Shown in pieces: positions 49,749-58,070 of a stretch of 64,000 nt of DNA. A program made the translations under genes and the position numbers. The first letter of the stretch is position 1. Each line of letters opens with the position of its first letter. The notes below the pieces were generated by a model that was not told the origin of the DNA, did no database searches, and worked only from the letters and a program-made list of their open reading frames with translations. The stretch comes from Patescibacteria group bacterium. GTDB lineage: Bacteria; Patescibacteriota; Patescibacteriia; GWA2-46-9. The DNA is taken from positions 68,568 to 132,567 of the forward strand of contig JBAYUF010000002.1 of NCBI GenBank assembly GCA_041675205.1. Direction: 5' to 3'.

Positions 49749-49777
49749 TTGAAAAGTTCAGGAAAATGTGCTATAAT
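49749..49777 (+). promoter_or_regulatory. consensus sigma70 promoter giving a (near-)leaderless decarboxylase mRNA
   Basis: TTGAAA, 17-nt spacer, TATAAT. The ATG lies 6 nt after the -10. Confidence 0.6.
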
Positions 49778-49782
49778 TCACT

Positions 49783-50976
49783 ATGAAATTTACAATTTCG
49801 CCTGTTTATATGGCAAAAACAAAAGAGCTTGGACTGGCGCCACTCATAGCAAAAAGCGAAACGCGGGAAACACCCGCGTTCTGGTTCAGTAAGCGGCAAG
49901 TGGCGGCGAACTATCAACGGTTCCGCCGCGGTCTGCCAAACGTGAAGATTTTTTTCACATTAAAATCAAATGCCGTTCCGGCTGTGGTGCACGTTTTAGT
50001 TCAAGAGGGTGCTCATTTTGACGTGGCGTCACTGGGTGAAATTCGACTTCTCAGAAAATTAAAGGTAAGCCCAGAGCGGATGTTTTTTACGACGCCAGTA
50101 AAAATTCCGGCGGAGATTCGGGCAGCGTACCGCATTGGCGTCCGCCATTTTGTGGCAGATTCGATGATGGAAATTTCGAAGTTGGCTCGCTACGCACCAG
50201 GCAGCAATGTCTTCATTCGATTCCGCACCAGCAACAAAGGTAGTCAGTGGCCGTTGTCGCGACGATTTGGTGCTGAGACGTCACAAGTGTTGGGGTTGCT
50301 GCAATTTACTGTAGAGCAACGGTTGGTACCATATGGCTTGGCATTTCATGTTGGGTCGCAATGTTCAAACGTACAGAACTGGCAACAGGGTATACGCCGA
50401 GCGGCAGCTCTGGTGAATACGTTCAAACAGAAAAGTGGCTACGACCTCAAGGTTATTGATATTGGTGGTGGTTTCCCTGTGTGCTACACGAAAGATGTGC
50501 CATCGCTTGAGACAATTTTCAGTGCCATTCAGCAAAGTGTGAAACGGTATTTGCCTGGTTTAGAAATTTGGGCAGAGCCGGGACGAGCAATGGTGGCTGA
50601 CACTGGTTTCGCGGTGACGACGGTCATTGGTCGTACTAAGCGAGGGCGGGACAATTGGTTATTCTGTGACCTCGGTGCGTTCAACGGGCTACTAGAATTA
50701 ATTGAGCCAAGTTCGCGAGGGTTTGCGTATGAAATTTATGCACCAGTGAATAAGGTGAATGGGAGTGCCAAGCGAGTGAGTAACGGTAACGGCAAGAAAA
50801 AAATGTTTACTCTCACCGGCCCATCGTGTGATGGTGATGACATTATTATAGAGCACGTAAACCTAGCCGATATTGGTGTGGGGGACAGAATCTACCTTTT
50901 GAAAACAGGCGCGTATAGCATTATGTATGCCTCGAAATTTTGCGGAAATAAGCAGCCCAAGGTGCACGTTGTGTAG
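49783..50976 (+). CDS. fold-type III PLP decarboxylase (Orn/DAP/Arg decarboxylase family)
   Basis: FFTLKSN (PLP-Lys region), HVGSQ, GGGFP, GPSCDGDD. Confidence 0.7.
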   Translation: MKFTISPVYMAKTKELGLAPLIAKSETRETPAFWFSKRQVAANYQRFRRGLPNVKIFFTLKSNAVPAVVHVLVQEGAHFDVASLGEIRLLRKLKVSPERMFFTTPVKIPAEIRAAYRIGVRHFVADSMMEISKLARYAPGSNVFIRFRTSNKGSQWPLSRRFGAETSQVLGLLQFTVEQRLVPYGLAFHVGSQCSNVQNWQQGIRRAAALVNTFKQKSGYDLKVIDIGGGFPVCYTKDVPSLETIFSAIQQSVKRYLPGLEIWAEPGRAMVADTGFAVTTVIGRTKRGRDNWLFCDLGAFNGLLELIEPSSRGFAYEIYAPVNKVNGSAKRVSNGNGKKKMFTLTGPSCDGDDIIIEHVNLADIGVGDRIYLLKTGAYSIMYASKFCGNKQPKVHVV

Positions 50977-51083
50977 GCTGCGTTGACAGCGCTCACAAAA
51001 AGGACTATGGTAAGCAGCCGTTTTTGAAACACGGCAATTCACAACAAAGACCCCGTGCGAGCGCATTGGGAGGAGGTAGACAG

Positions 51084-51698
51084 ATGGCAGAGCATGAAGC
51101 GGTTCAGCCTTTCATCGCCGATTCGTTGGAGGAGCTGACCGCAGTGCGGCTGCTCCTCTACGAAATCGGCACCGACGAAATGCATTGGCCGGAGGAGGAG
51201 GTGATACCAATCCTTCGTTGGCCGCAACAGATCTTGGTCGGCGTTCGGGCTGCGGGTGAACTCGTGGCAGCGGGGCAGATTCTCGTTGCCCCGCGACCGT
51301 TCCCGGTCGAATCGTTCGAGCCGGGCTGTATCACCCACAGTGCCCGACCGGTCGAGGTGAGCCTCGTTGGTATCGAGCGTGCGTACCGCCGGAAAGCCCA
51401 GGACGGCGCAATGGCGGTGCTCGACGCTTTGGTGAAGGCAATTTACTGGGGTTGCCACAGCGTCGGATTTACCGACATCTGGGCGCTGTATGAACCCACC
51501 CGGATTTTGATTTTCGACCAAATTGCCGGCATTCCGGTGGTGGTCGAAACCGTCGGGCAGCACTACTGGTGCAGCCGCGAAGTGCACACACCGGACTGCC
51601 CGCTCACGTACGGGTGTCGGATGAACCGGCTTCGCGGCGAGGCCAACTGGCTGGCCTCACGGCCGGAGTTCTACGCTTACGTCATGGCGGGGATGTAG
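51084..51698 (+). CDS. hypothetical protein, high GC (possible acyltransferase-like fold)
   Basis: GGAGGAGG ribosome-binding site. Start taken at MAEHEAV. IERAYRRKAQDGAMAVLDALV weakly resembles a GNAT motif A. Confidence 0.3.
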   Translation: MAEHEAVQPFIADSLEELTAVRLLLYEIGTDEMHWPEEEVIPILRWPQQILVGVRAAGELVAAGQILVAPRPFPVESFEPGCITHSARPVEVSLVGIERAYRRKAQDGAMAVLDALVKAIYWGCHSVGFTDIWALYEPTRILIFDQIAGIPVVVETVGQHYWCSREVHTPDCPLTYGCRMNRLRGEANWLASRPEFYAYVMAGM

Positions 51699-51756
51699 GC
51701 GAGGAGAAGTGTGATAAACTGGTGGGGAGGTTGCGAAGAATACGCGACCTCCCCAC

Positions 51757-53427
51757 TTGACGATTATGAACGTGTACTTCATTGCCACTCTTGTTCTTAT
51801 CGTGCTCGAAACACTCATCGGGCTCATTGTTTATTTGCACGATTCGAAGCAGCGTACGAATCGTCTGTTTCTCTCATTAACACTCGCAATCGTATTGTGG
51901 ACAGTCGCAAACTATTTAGCTGATGTTTTCAGTTCTCACTTTTGGGCCGAGACAGCATATCTTGGAGCGCTCCTGATTTTTTATACATTGTTCCTTTTTG
52001 TTGAGGCTTTTCCTCAGCCAACGGGCATTATCTCAAAAGGAGTTCAGTTAGTGTTACTTGCCCTCACTGCATTACTCGGCGTCATTATTTACCTTCCCCA
52101 GGGATTCATCGTGGCAGCGGTGATTCCGCGCAGTGGCGGCATTGATGTACAAACCGGTGTCTTATTCCCAATTTTAGCCTCCTACTTCATTACCTTATTT
52201 TCTGTCGTTTGCATTTTTCTTTTTCAAAAGCTTAGACATAGCGAGAGCTTAGAGCGAATTCAGTTGCAGTACCTCACGTTTGGTCTGTTGGCCGGACTTA
52301 TTATTGGTATCGGTGGAAATTTAATTATTCCGCTCGTCAGTGGTGATTTTTTATCGAGTCGGTATGGTCCATGGGGGGTTATTATTTTTTTACTCCTCAC
52401 CACGTTCGCCATTGTTCGTTACAACTTACTTAATATTACAGTAATTGCGACGGAGGTATTTGTTGTACTCTTGTTGCTCATCTTGCTTGGGCAGGTATTC
52501 TTGGCCGATGGCGATATTCAGCTTGCTGGAAACATTACCGTACTGGTGCTGGCGTCAGTACTCGCCTACTTCCTTATTCGAAGTATGCTTCGGGAAGTGA
52601 AGCAGCGGCAAATACTTACCAGGCTAACGACACAGCTCGAAGATGCTAACCAGCAATTGAAAGTGCTTGACGAAGCGAAGTCAGAATTTGTTTCTATCGC
52701 GTCGCACCAATTGCGCACACCACTCACGGTTATTAAGGGATACGTTTCAATGCTTTCTGAGGGCTCGTTTGGCAAAATTCCGAATAAGCAAGAAGATCCA
52801 ATCAGAAAAATTTATGAATCAGCCAATCGGCTGATTGAACTGGTTGAAAATTTACTGTCTATTTCTCGCATTGAATCGGGTCGCATGAAGTACAATATGG
52901 CACCAACCAAGCTTGAAGAACTAGCAGCTTCCGCCACAGAGGAATTGCAGACGGCAGCCGGCAACAAGAAATTGAAGTTGGTGTTCGAGCAACCAAGAGA
53001 AGCGTTACCAGTGTTACCACTTGATGGTGAGAAGTTGCGTCAGGTGATGATGAACTTAATAGATAATGCGGTGAAGTACACACCGAAAGGGTCGGTTACC
53101 GTACGGGTTGAAGTGGTTCGCAACAAACGACCGCCGTACATTGCTGTGCCAAGCATCATGTTTTCCGTAACAGACACCGGTGCAGGACTTGCCCCAGAAG
53201 ATCAGAAACGTTTGTTTCAGAAGTTTAACCGAGCGGATGGCAATAACCTCAATACCCGTGGCACTGGCCTTGGCCTCTACGTCGGAAGAATGATGGTTGA
53301 AGCACACCACGGTGTTATTTGGGTGACGAGCCCAGGCGTGAACAAGGGCAGCACCTTCGCTTTTGCCGTGCCGCTTCCTAGTGTGACGGATGAAGCCATC
53401 CTTGCCTTGAAGGATATGGTTCGCTAG
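51757..53427 (+). CDS. sensor histidine kinase with N-terminal polytopic membrane domain
   Basis: H-box ASHQLRTPLTVIKGY. HATPase region with TGAGL and G-box GTGLGL. Confidence 0.8.
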   Translation: MTIMNVYFIATLVLIVLETLIGLIVYLHDSKQRTNRLFLSLTLAIVLWTVANYLADVFSSHFWAETAYLGALLIFYTLFLFVEAFPQPTGIISKGVQLVLLALTALLGVIIYLPQGFIVAAVIPRSGGIDVQTGVLFPILASYFITLFSVVCIFLFQKLRHSESLERIQLQYLTFGLLAGLIIGIGGNLIIPLVSGDFLSSRYGPWGVIIFLLLTTFAIVRYNLLNITVIATEVFVVLLLLILLGQVFLADGDIQLAGNITVLVLASVLAYFLIRSMLREVKQRQILTRLTTQLEDANQQLKVLDEAKSEFVSIASHQLRTPLTVIKGYVSMLSEGSFGKIPNKQEDPIRKIYESANRLIELVENLLSISRIESGRMKYNMAPTKLEELAASATEELQTAAGNKKLKLVFEQPREALPVLPLDGEKLRQVMMNLIDNAVKYTPKGSVTVRVEVVRNKRPPYIAVPSIMFSVTDTGAGLAPEDQKRLFQKFNRADGNNLNTRGTGLGLYVGRMMVEAHHGVIWVTSPGVNKGSTFAFAVPLPSVTDEAILALKDMVR

Positions 53428-53432
53428 GCTTA

Positions 53433-54218
53433 GTGCAGACAACTATGGCAGAGGCAAAGAAAAAAGTGCTTATCATTGAAGACGAGGCATTCCTCGCCGA
53501 GATGTACCACACGAAGTTTAAAGAGTTGGGGTACCAGGTTTTTGTTGCACCTGACGGCAAGCAGGGAATTGCGGTGATGCATAAAGAAAAACCGGATCTC
53601 ACTTTGCTCGATATCATCATGCCAGACCTCGATGGCTATGAGGTTTTAAAAGTAGTGCGGCAGGATGCAGACTTGAAAGACTTGTTGATTGTCGTCCTTT
53701 CGAACCTGGGACAAGACGAAGAGATTACAAAAGGCATGCAGCTCGGTGCCGACGACTACTTGGTAAAGTCTGACCTTACGCCGAGTCAATTGGTAGAGAA
53801 AATTGAAACGGTATTGGCTCGTGGCCGCACAGCGAGTGCTGCGGTGCAGCAAGTGCGGGTGCTCCTCATTGAAGATACGCGGGACATTGTTGAATTGTAT
53901 CGTCATCGATTTGAGAAAGAAGGATTTATTTGTACCGTGGCGGAAAATGGTGCCTGGGGAGTGAAGACTGCTCAGACCCAACCATTTGATCTCATACTTC
54001 TCGACATAGCTATGCCAGCCATGAACGGGCTTGAAGCACTGGCCACGTTGCGAGCCACGCCGAAACTGGAGAAGACGCCAATCATTGTTTTTTCGAACAC
54101 TGTCGAATCAGATGAGTTGAGTGATGTAAAAAAAGCCGGGGCAACGGAAGTGTTTCTAAAAGCGCGAGTAACCCCAACGCAGATTGTGAACAAGATTCGT
54201 GAACTAATCGCTCGATAG
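53433..54218 (+). CDS. response regulator with two tandem receiver domains and no output domain
   Basis: Two REC units: LLDIIMPDLDG ... VVLSN and LLDIAMPAMNG ... IVFSN. Confidence 0.75.
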   Translation: MQTTMAEAKKKVLIIEDEAFLAEMYHTKFKELGYQVFVAPDGKQGIAVMHKEKPDLTLLDIIMPDLDGYEVLKVVRQDADLKDLLIVVLSNLGQDEEITKGMQLGADDYLVKSDLTPSQLVEKIETVLARGRTASAAVQQVRVLLIEDTRDIVELYRHRFEKEGFICTVAENGAWGVKTAQTQPFDLILLDIAMPAMNGLEALATLRATPKLEKTPIIVFSNTVESDELSDVKKAGATEVFLKARVTPTQIVNKIRELIAR

Positions 54219-54259
54219 GAAACAACATTGACCAGCGATATTGTAAGGGCTAAGATTCG

Positions 54260-54283
54260 CGCATCGTTTTGATGCGTTTTTTG
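54260..54283 (+). terminator. rho-independent terminator after the HK/RR pair
   Basis: CGCATC-GTTTT-GATGCG followed by TTTTTTG. Confidence 0.75.
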
Positions 54284-54313
54284 TTTTGAGCCATCGGAAG
54301 GAGGGTAGAGGTC

Positions 54314-54616
54314 ATGGAAAGAACCTTAGAAAGTATTGGGGTTGAGATCGACGAGATCGATGCCTTGTTCGTGCGTCTGCTCGCCTTACGATTTCGGTTG
54401 GCACTTGAAGCCGGCGAGATCAAGCGTGCTGCTGGATTGCCAATTGTGCGTCCGGCCGTGGAGCAGGCGAGGATTGCAGCAGTGACGAAGTTGGCAGAGG
54501 CGCAGGGGCTGCCGGATGATTTCGTTCGGGAGCTGATGGAGAAGATCGTTTTTCGTTGTCGGACGGCACAAAAACTACCACCACCTACGCGAACAGGGTG
54601 GGCCGCCTGCAGCTAA
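54314..54616 (+). CDS. AroQ-class chorismate mutase
   Basis: IDEIDALFVRLLALRFRLALEAGEIK. Confidence 0.55.
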   Translation: MERTLESIGVEIDEIDALFVRLLALRFRLALEAGEIKRAAGLPIVRPAVEQARIAAVTKLAEAQGLPDDFVRELMEKIVFRCRTAQKLPPPTRTGWAACS

Positions 54617-54627
54617 GATGTTCGACG

Positions 54628-54660
54628 GCGAGGGGGCTGATCGAAATCAACCCCCTCGCG
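54628..54660 (+). terminator. hairpin terminator after the chorismate mutase gene
   Basis: GCGAGGGGG-14 nt-CCCCCTCGC. A T-run follows 12 nt later. Confidence 0.5.
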
Positions 54661-54662
54661 CC

Positions 54663-54705
54663 TTGCTAGATTTTTTATTGTTAAATACAATGTACTAGTA
54701 CATTG
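54663..54705 (+). promoter_or_regulatory. promoter (TTGCTA-17-TACAAT) overlapped by the 18-bp perfect palindrome CAATGTACTAGTACATTG (TrpR-type operator)
   Basis: Palindrome at 54688-54705 overlaps the -10 and the predicted transcription start of the trpR-like gene. Confidence 0.55.
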
Positions 54706-54755
54706 ATATGGGGAACGTAACAAAAAAGTACATTAGTGAAGTTGAGGAAGTAGTT

Positions 54756-55001
54756 ATGCGCGCGGCGCGGTCGCCGGAGTTGCTGCATGAGTTTTTGCGT
54801 GACGTATTAACCCCAGCCGAACTTGATGAAGTGGCCTTGCGTTGGCAGATTGTAAAGCGTCTGGCGGCTGGTGCGTCGCACCGCGACATTGCCGAAGAGC
54901 TTGGTGTGGGGGTGGCTACCATTGCTCGGGGTGCCAGAGAATTAACAAACCCGACCGGCGGTTTTTGGCGCCTGCTGCAACGACCGACCGAACGTTCTTG
55001 A
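54756..55001 (+). CDS. trpR: TrpR/YerC-family repressor
   Basis: VLTPAELDEVALRWQIVKRLAAGASHRDIAEELGVGVATIARGARELT aligns to the TrpR HTH (...ELGAGIATITRGSN...). Start taken at MRAARS, which has a GAGGAAG ribosome-binding site; the alternative start is 54708. Confidence 0.7.
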   Translation: MRAARSPELLHEFLRDVLTPAELDEVALRWQIVKRLAAGASHRDIAEELGVGVATIARGARELTNPTGGFWRLLQRPTERS

Positions 55002-55029
55002 CACCACATCTCTTTCTGCTATAGTTCAC

Positions 55030-55041
55030 TGTACTAGTACA
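55030..55041 (+). promoter_or_regulatory. second TGTACTAGTACA operator, upstream of the trp leader
   Basis: Exact 12-bp core within the imperfect palindrome CACTGTACTAGTACACTG. Confidence 0.55.
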
Positions 55042-55058
55042 CTGAAACAAAGAAAAGT

Positions 55059-55127
55059 ATGATTTCTATACACATTGAAGCAAACGCTCGTTGGTGGTCC
55101 GTTCTCTATCTCAGAGGGCGAGCCTAG
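55059..55127 (+). CDS. trpL: trp leader peptide, 22 aa, with tandem Trp codons
   Basis: ATG ATT TCT ATA CAC ATT GAA GCA AAC GCT CGT TGG TGG TCC ... TAG translates to MISIHIEANARWWSVLYLRGRA. Confidence 0.5.
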   Translation: MISIHIEANARWWSVLYLRGRA

Positions 55128-55150
55128 ATTGTTATTGTTAATAATAGTTT

Positions 55151-55180
55151 TGGCCCGCTCTCTGGAGCGGGCGTTTTGTT
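55151..55180 (+). terminator. trp attenuator terminator
   Basis: GCCCGCTC-TCTGG-GAGCGGGC then GTTTTGTTTT, about 70 nt upstream of trpE. GAGGGCGAGCC (55113-55123) could form the alternative antiterminator pairing. Confidence 0.6.
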
Positions 55181-55251
55181 TTGGGTAGCGAGCCGGAATG
55201 AACCTTTGACAACAAAAACCTTTTGAAAAGAAAAGGAATAGGGAGAACGAC

Positions 55252-56823
55252 ATGAAAAACGGTGAAGCACTGAATCGTGAAATGGGTGAGGGGATGGAAA
55301 GCTGTTGGAATGGAGCATGGCGTGTGATTGATGATTACGCGGCGAATGTGCTCGATGATTTCCAGCGCATGGCTGCTGTGGGTGGTAGGCACCTGGTGCC
55401 GGTCGTTATTGGGTTGCCAAGTGACAACGTAACACCGGTAGCGGTGTATCAATCCGTCCGTCGAGCCACCACCCCAACAGTATTTCTTGAAAGTGTGCCG
55501 CAGGGGCAGCACTTGGGGGATTACACCATCGTTGGTTGTCGGATGAGCGCCCGTTTCACCGTGCGAGGTGAACGGTCGGCATTGAAACCACGGCTGGGTC
55601 GGGTGGAAATTGCCGAGGGAATGGCTCTCGAGCATCTGGAAGCGTTTTTGCAGTCAACAACACCACTGCAGCAACCTGGTCGAGCACCATTTCTTGGTGG
55701 TGCAATCGGCTACGTTGGTTTTGAGGGTGTATGCCTCATTGAACCAACGGTGTCACGGCACAGCGTGAACAAACTGGATTGGCCAGAGATTGATCTCGTC
55801 GCGTTCGACGAAGTAATCGTCTTTGACCATGCCCGTCAGCTTGTTTACCTCGTCGCTTTGGCTGAGTTCAACGGCAGCGAAAATGTAGCGGCGGCGCATC
55901 GGGATGCGTACGAACGTGCCGGTCGACTGATCCGTCATCTGCAAAAACCAATCGAGCCGCTCACCAAGCTGACCGGCGTGGATGGTAAGATTTCGAGCAA
56001 CATGACTCGGGACGTCTACGAGCGGATGATCGAAACCGGGAAACGGTATATCACCAGCGGTGATGTATTTCAGATAGTGCTGTCGCAGCGGTTCAGTGTT
56101 GGTTTTTCTGGTGATTCATTCGACTTCTACCGACACCTGCGTCGTATGAATCCATCACCGTATATGTTTCACCTTGAGCTTAGCGACGGGCGAGTGCTTA
56201 CTGGTGCGTCGCCCGAGGTTATGGTGAAAGTCAGTGGTGATGTCGTGCACATTCGACCAATTGCTGGAACCAGACGGCGGAGCATCGATGCGGTGGAAGA
56301 CGAGCGCCTGCGGCAGGAGCTGGCGGCAGATCCAAAGGAGCGGGCCGAGCACAGCATGTTGGTTGATTTGGCGCGAAATGATGTTGGCCGAGTGACAGTG
56401 ACGGGGAGTGTAGTCGTCAGCGGAGTGATGCGGGTAGAGAAATACAGCACGGTGCAGCATCTGGTGAGCGACGTGAGCGGACGACTGCACGAAGCTATTA
56501 CTCCGTTTCGGGCGTTTCTCACCTGCTTGCCGGCTGGTACGCTCTCCGGTGCGCCTAAGATTCGCGCCTGTCAATTGCTGGTTGAACTTGAGCCGTGTGC
56601 TCGTGGGCCATATGGCGGCGCTGTTGGTTGGTTCACCTCATACGGTCTTGATACGGGCATAGCGATTCGAACGGCGTGGGTAGATTCCGGAACTATGTAC
56701 TGGCAAGCAGGGGGAGGCGTAGTTGCCGACTCAACACCTGCCGGTGAGTACGAGGAGTCGCTAACGAAAGCAAGATCAATTGGCAACGTGCTCAAGCATG
56801 CAACGGGAGGTACTGGACGATGA
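55252..56823 (+). CDS. trpE: anthranilate synthase component I
   Basis: 523 aa chorismate-binding enzyme (LSQRF ... GAPK ... GGAVG). Confidence 0.9.
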   Translation: MKNGEALNREMGEGMESCWNGAWRVIDDYAANVLDDFQRMAAVGGRHLVPVVIGLPSDNVTPVAVYQSVRRATTPTVFLESVPQGQHLGDYTIVGCRMSARFTVRGERSALKPRLGRVEIAEGMALEHLEAFLQSTTPLQQPGRAPFLGGAIGYVGFEGVCLIEPTVSRHSVNKLDWPEIDLVAFDEVIVFDHARQLVYLVALAEFNGSENVAAAHRDAYERAGRLIRHLQKPIEPLTKLTGVDGKISSNMTRDVYERMIETGKRYITSGDVFQIVLSQRFSVGFSGDSFDFYRHLRRMNPSPYMFHLELSDGRVLTGASPEVMVKVSGDVVHIRPIAGTRRRSIDAVEDERLRQELAADPKERAEHSMLVDLARNDVGRVTVTGSVVVSGVMRVEKYSTVQHLVSDVSGRLHEAITPFRAFLTCLPAGTLSGAPKIRACQLLVELEPCARGPYGGAVGWFTSYGLDTGIAIRTAWVDSGTMYWQAGGGVVADSTPAGEYEESLTKARSIGNVLKHATGGTGR

Positions 56824-57404
56824 GTGAGTCTCCACGGGTACTGCTTCTTGATCACTTCGACTCCTTCACCTACAACCTGGTGCAACTGTTGGCAGTAGCC
56901 GGGGCAAGTGTTCGCGTCGTGCGGACAAATGAGGTGATGTCGACAGATGGCTTCACGCATCTTGTCCTGTCCCCCGGCCCAGGGCATCCGGATGACGTGC
57001 GGCCGTTCAAGACTGCACTGGACCGCTGGGCCGATGTTGTGCCGATACTCGGTGTCTGTCTTGGCTGCCAAGCCATTGGCTCCTGGGCGGGTGTTCCTGT
57101 TGTGCCAGCCGGGCGACTGATGCACGGCAAAACCTCTGAGGTTCGGGTGACGGTAACAGACGACGCTTTGTTCGTGGGAGTACCATCGTCGTTTACCGCC
57201 ATGCGGTATCACTCGTTGGTGCTGGACAGTGGAGCGGCTGCGCAAAGTAAGGCACTGACCGTAACAGCGCGAAGTGATGACGGTCAGGTTATGGCCGTAA
57301 CGCTCACTGGCCCGCGCAATGTATACGGGGTGCAGTTTCATCCGGAGTCATACTTCAGCGAAGAGGGTGAACAGCTGGTAAGCAATTTTCTGAAGACGCG
57401 ATAA
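56820..57404 (+). CDS. trpG: anthranilate synthase component II (glutamine amidotransferase)
   Basis: LGVCLGCQ and HPES motifs. Overlaps the trpE stop by 4 nt. Confidence 0.85.
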   Translation: MSESPRVLLLDHFDSFTYNLVQLLAVAGASVRVVRTNEVMSTDGFTHLVLSPGPGHPDDVRPFKTALDRWADVVPILGVCLGCQAIGSWAGVPVVPAGRLMHGKTSEVRVTVTDDALFVGVPSSFTAMRYHSLVLDSGAAAQSKALTVTARSDDGQVMAVTLTGPRNVYGVQFHPESYFSEEGEQLVSNFLKTR

Positions 57405-57518
57405 GGAGGCGCGTCAGCAATTGATTCGAGAGGCCGCAGACTAGTATGTTTGCGGCCTTTCTTCACGTTCTCTGTAGTTGCATCGGTAAGAAGCCTGTGC
57501 TTTAATGCCACTACTCTT

Positions 57519-57593
57519 GCGGGAGTAGTTCAGTGGTAGAACGTCTCGTTGCCAACGAGAAGGTCGCGGGTTCGACTCCCGTCTCCCGCTCCA
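57519..57593 (+). tRNA. tRNA-Gly (anticodon GCC), CCA encoded
   Basis: GCGGGAG acceptor stem, GTTCAGTGGTAGAAC D-arm, anticodon loop TTGCCAA, T-arm GCGGGTTCGACTCCCGT, then TCCA. Confidence 0.9.
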
Positions 57594-57709
57594 GCTTTCG
57601 CTAAAGCTTCAGCTGGCTTACGCCAATACCAGTTTGAAGGTTCATCGAAACGTGGATGCAAAAATAAAAGGAAAGCTGCGCGCCGTAGCCGCAGCGAAGG
57701 CGGGCTTAT

Positions 57710-57952
57710 ATGTTTTACGTATATTTACTTCGAAGCGTTAAATCACCCTCCCAACATTATGTTGGTTTTTCTAAAGACTTAAAACAAAGAATAGAGGATC
57801 ACAATTCAGGAAAATCTAGGCATACGTCAAAATTTAAACCATGGAAACTCAGTGTGTATTTTGCTTTTGAAAATACAAAAACAGCAAAAAATTTTGAGTA
57901 CTATCTAAAAACGGGGTCGGGAAGAGCTTTTCTTAGAAAACATTTTTTATAG
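57710..57952 (+). CDS. stand-alone GIY-YIG nuclease-domain protein
   Basis: FYVYLLRS...YVGFSKDLKQRIEDHN. AT-rich DNA immediately 3' of tRNA-Gly. Confidence 0.55.
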   Translation: MFYVYLLRSVKSPSQHYVGFSKDLKQRIEDHNSGKSRHTSKFKPWKLSVYFAFENTKTAKNFEYYLKTGSGRAFLRKHFL

Positions 57953-58070
57953 CAAATACACTTGCATTGCAAAGAAGTGTCTTGGTCATTTTGACAAGGA
58001 CGCTTCTTTGTTTGTCGGGTTACCGTATCAAGGCTCCAGACAGTACATCAGTGTATACTGAGCTAACACT

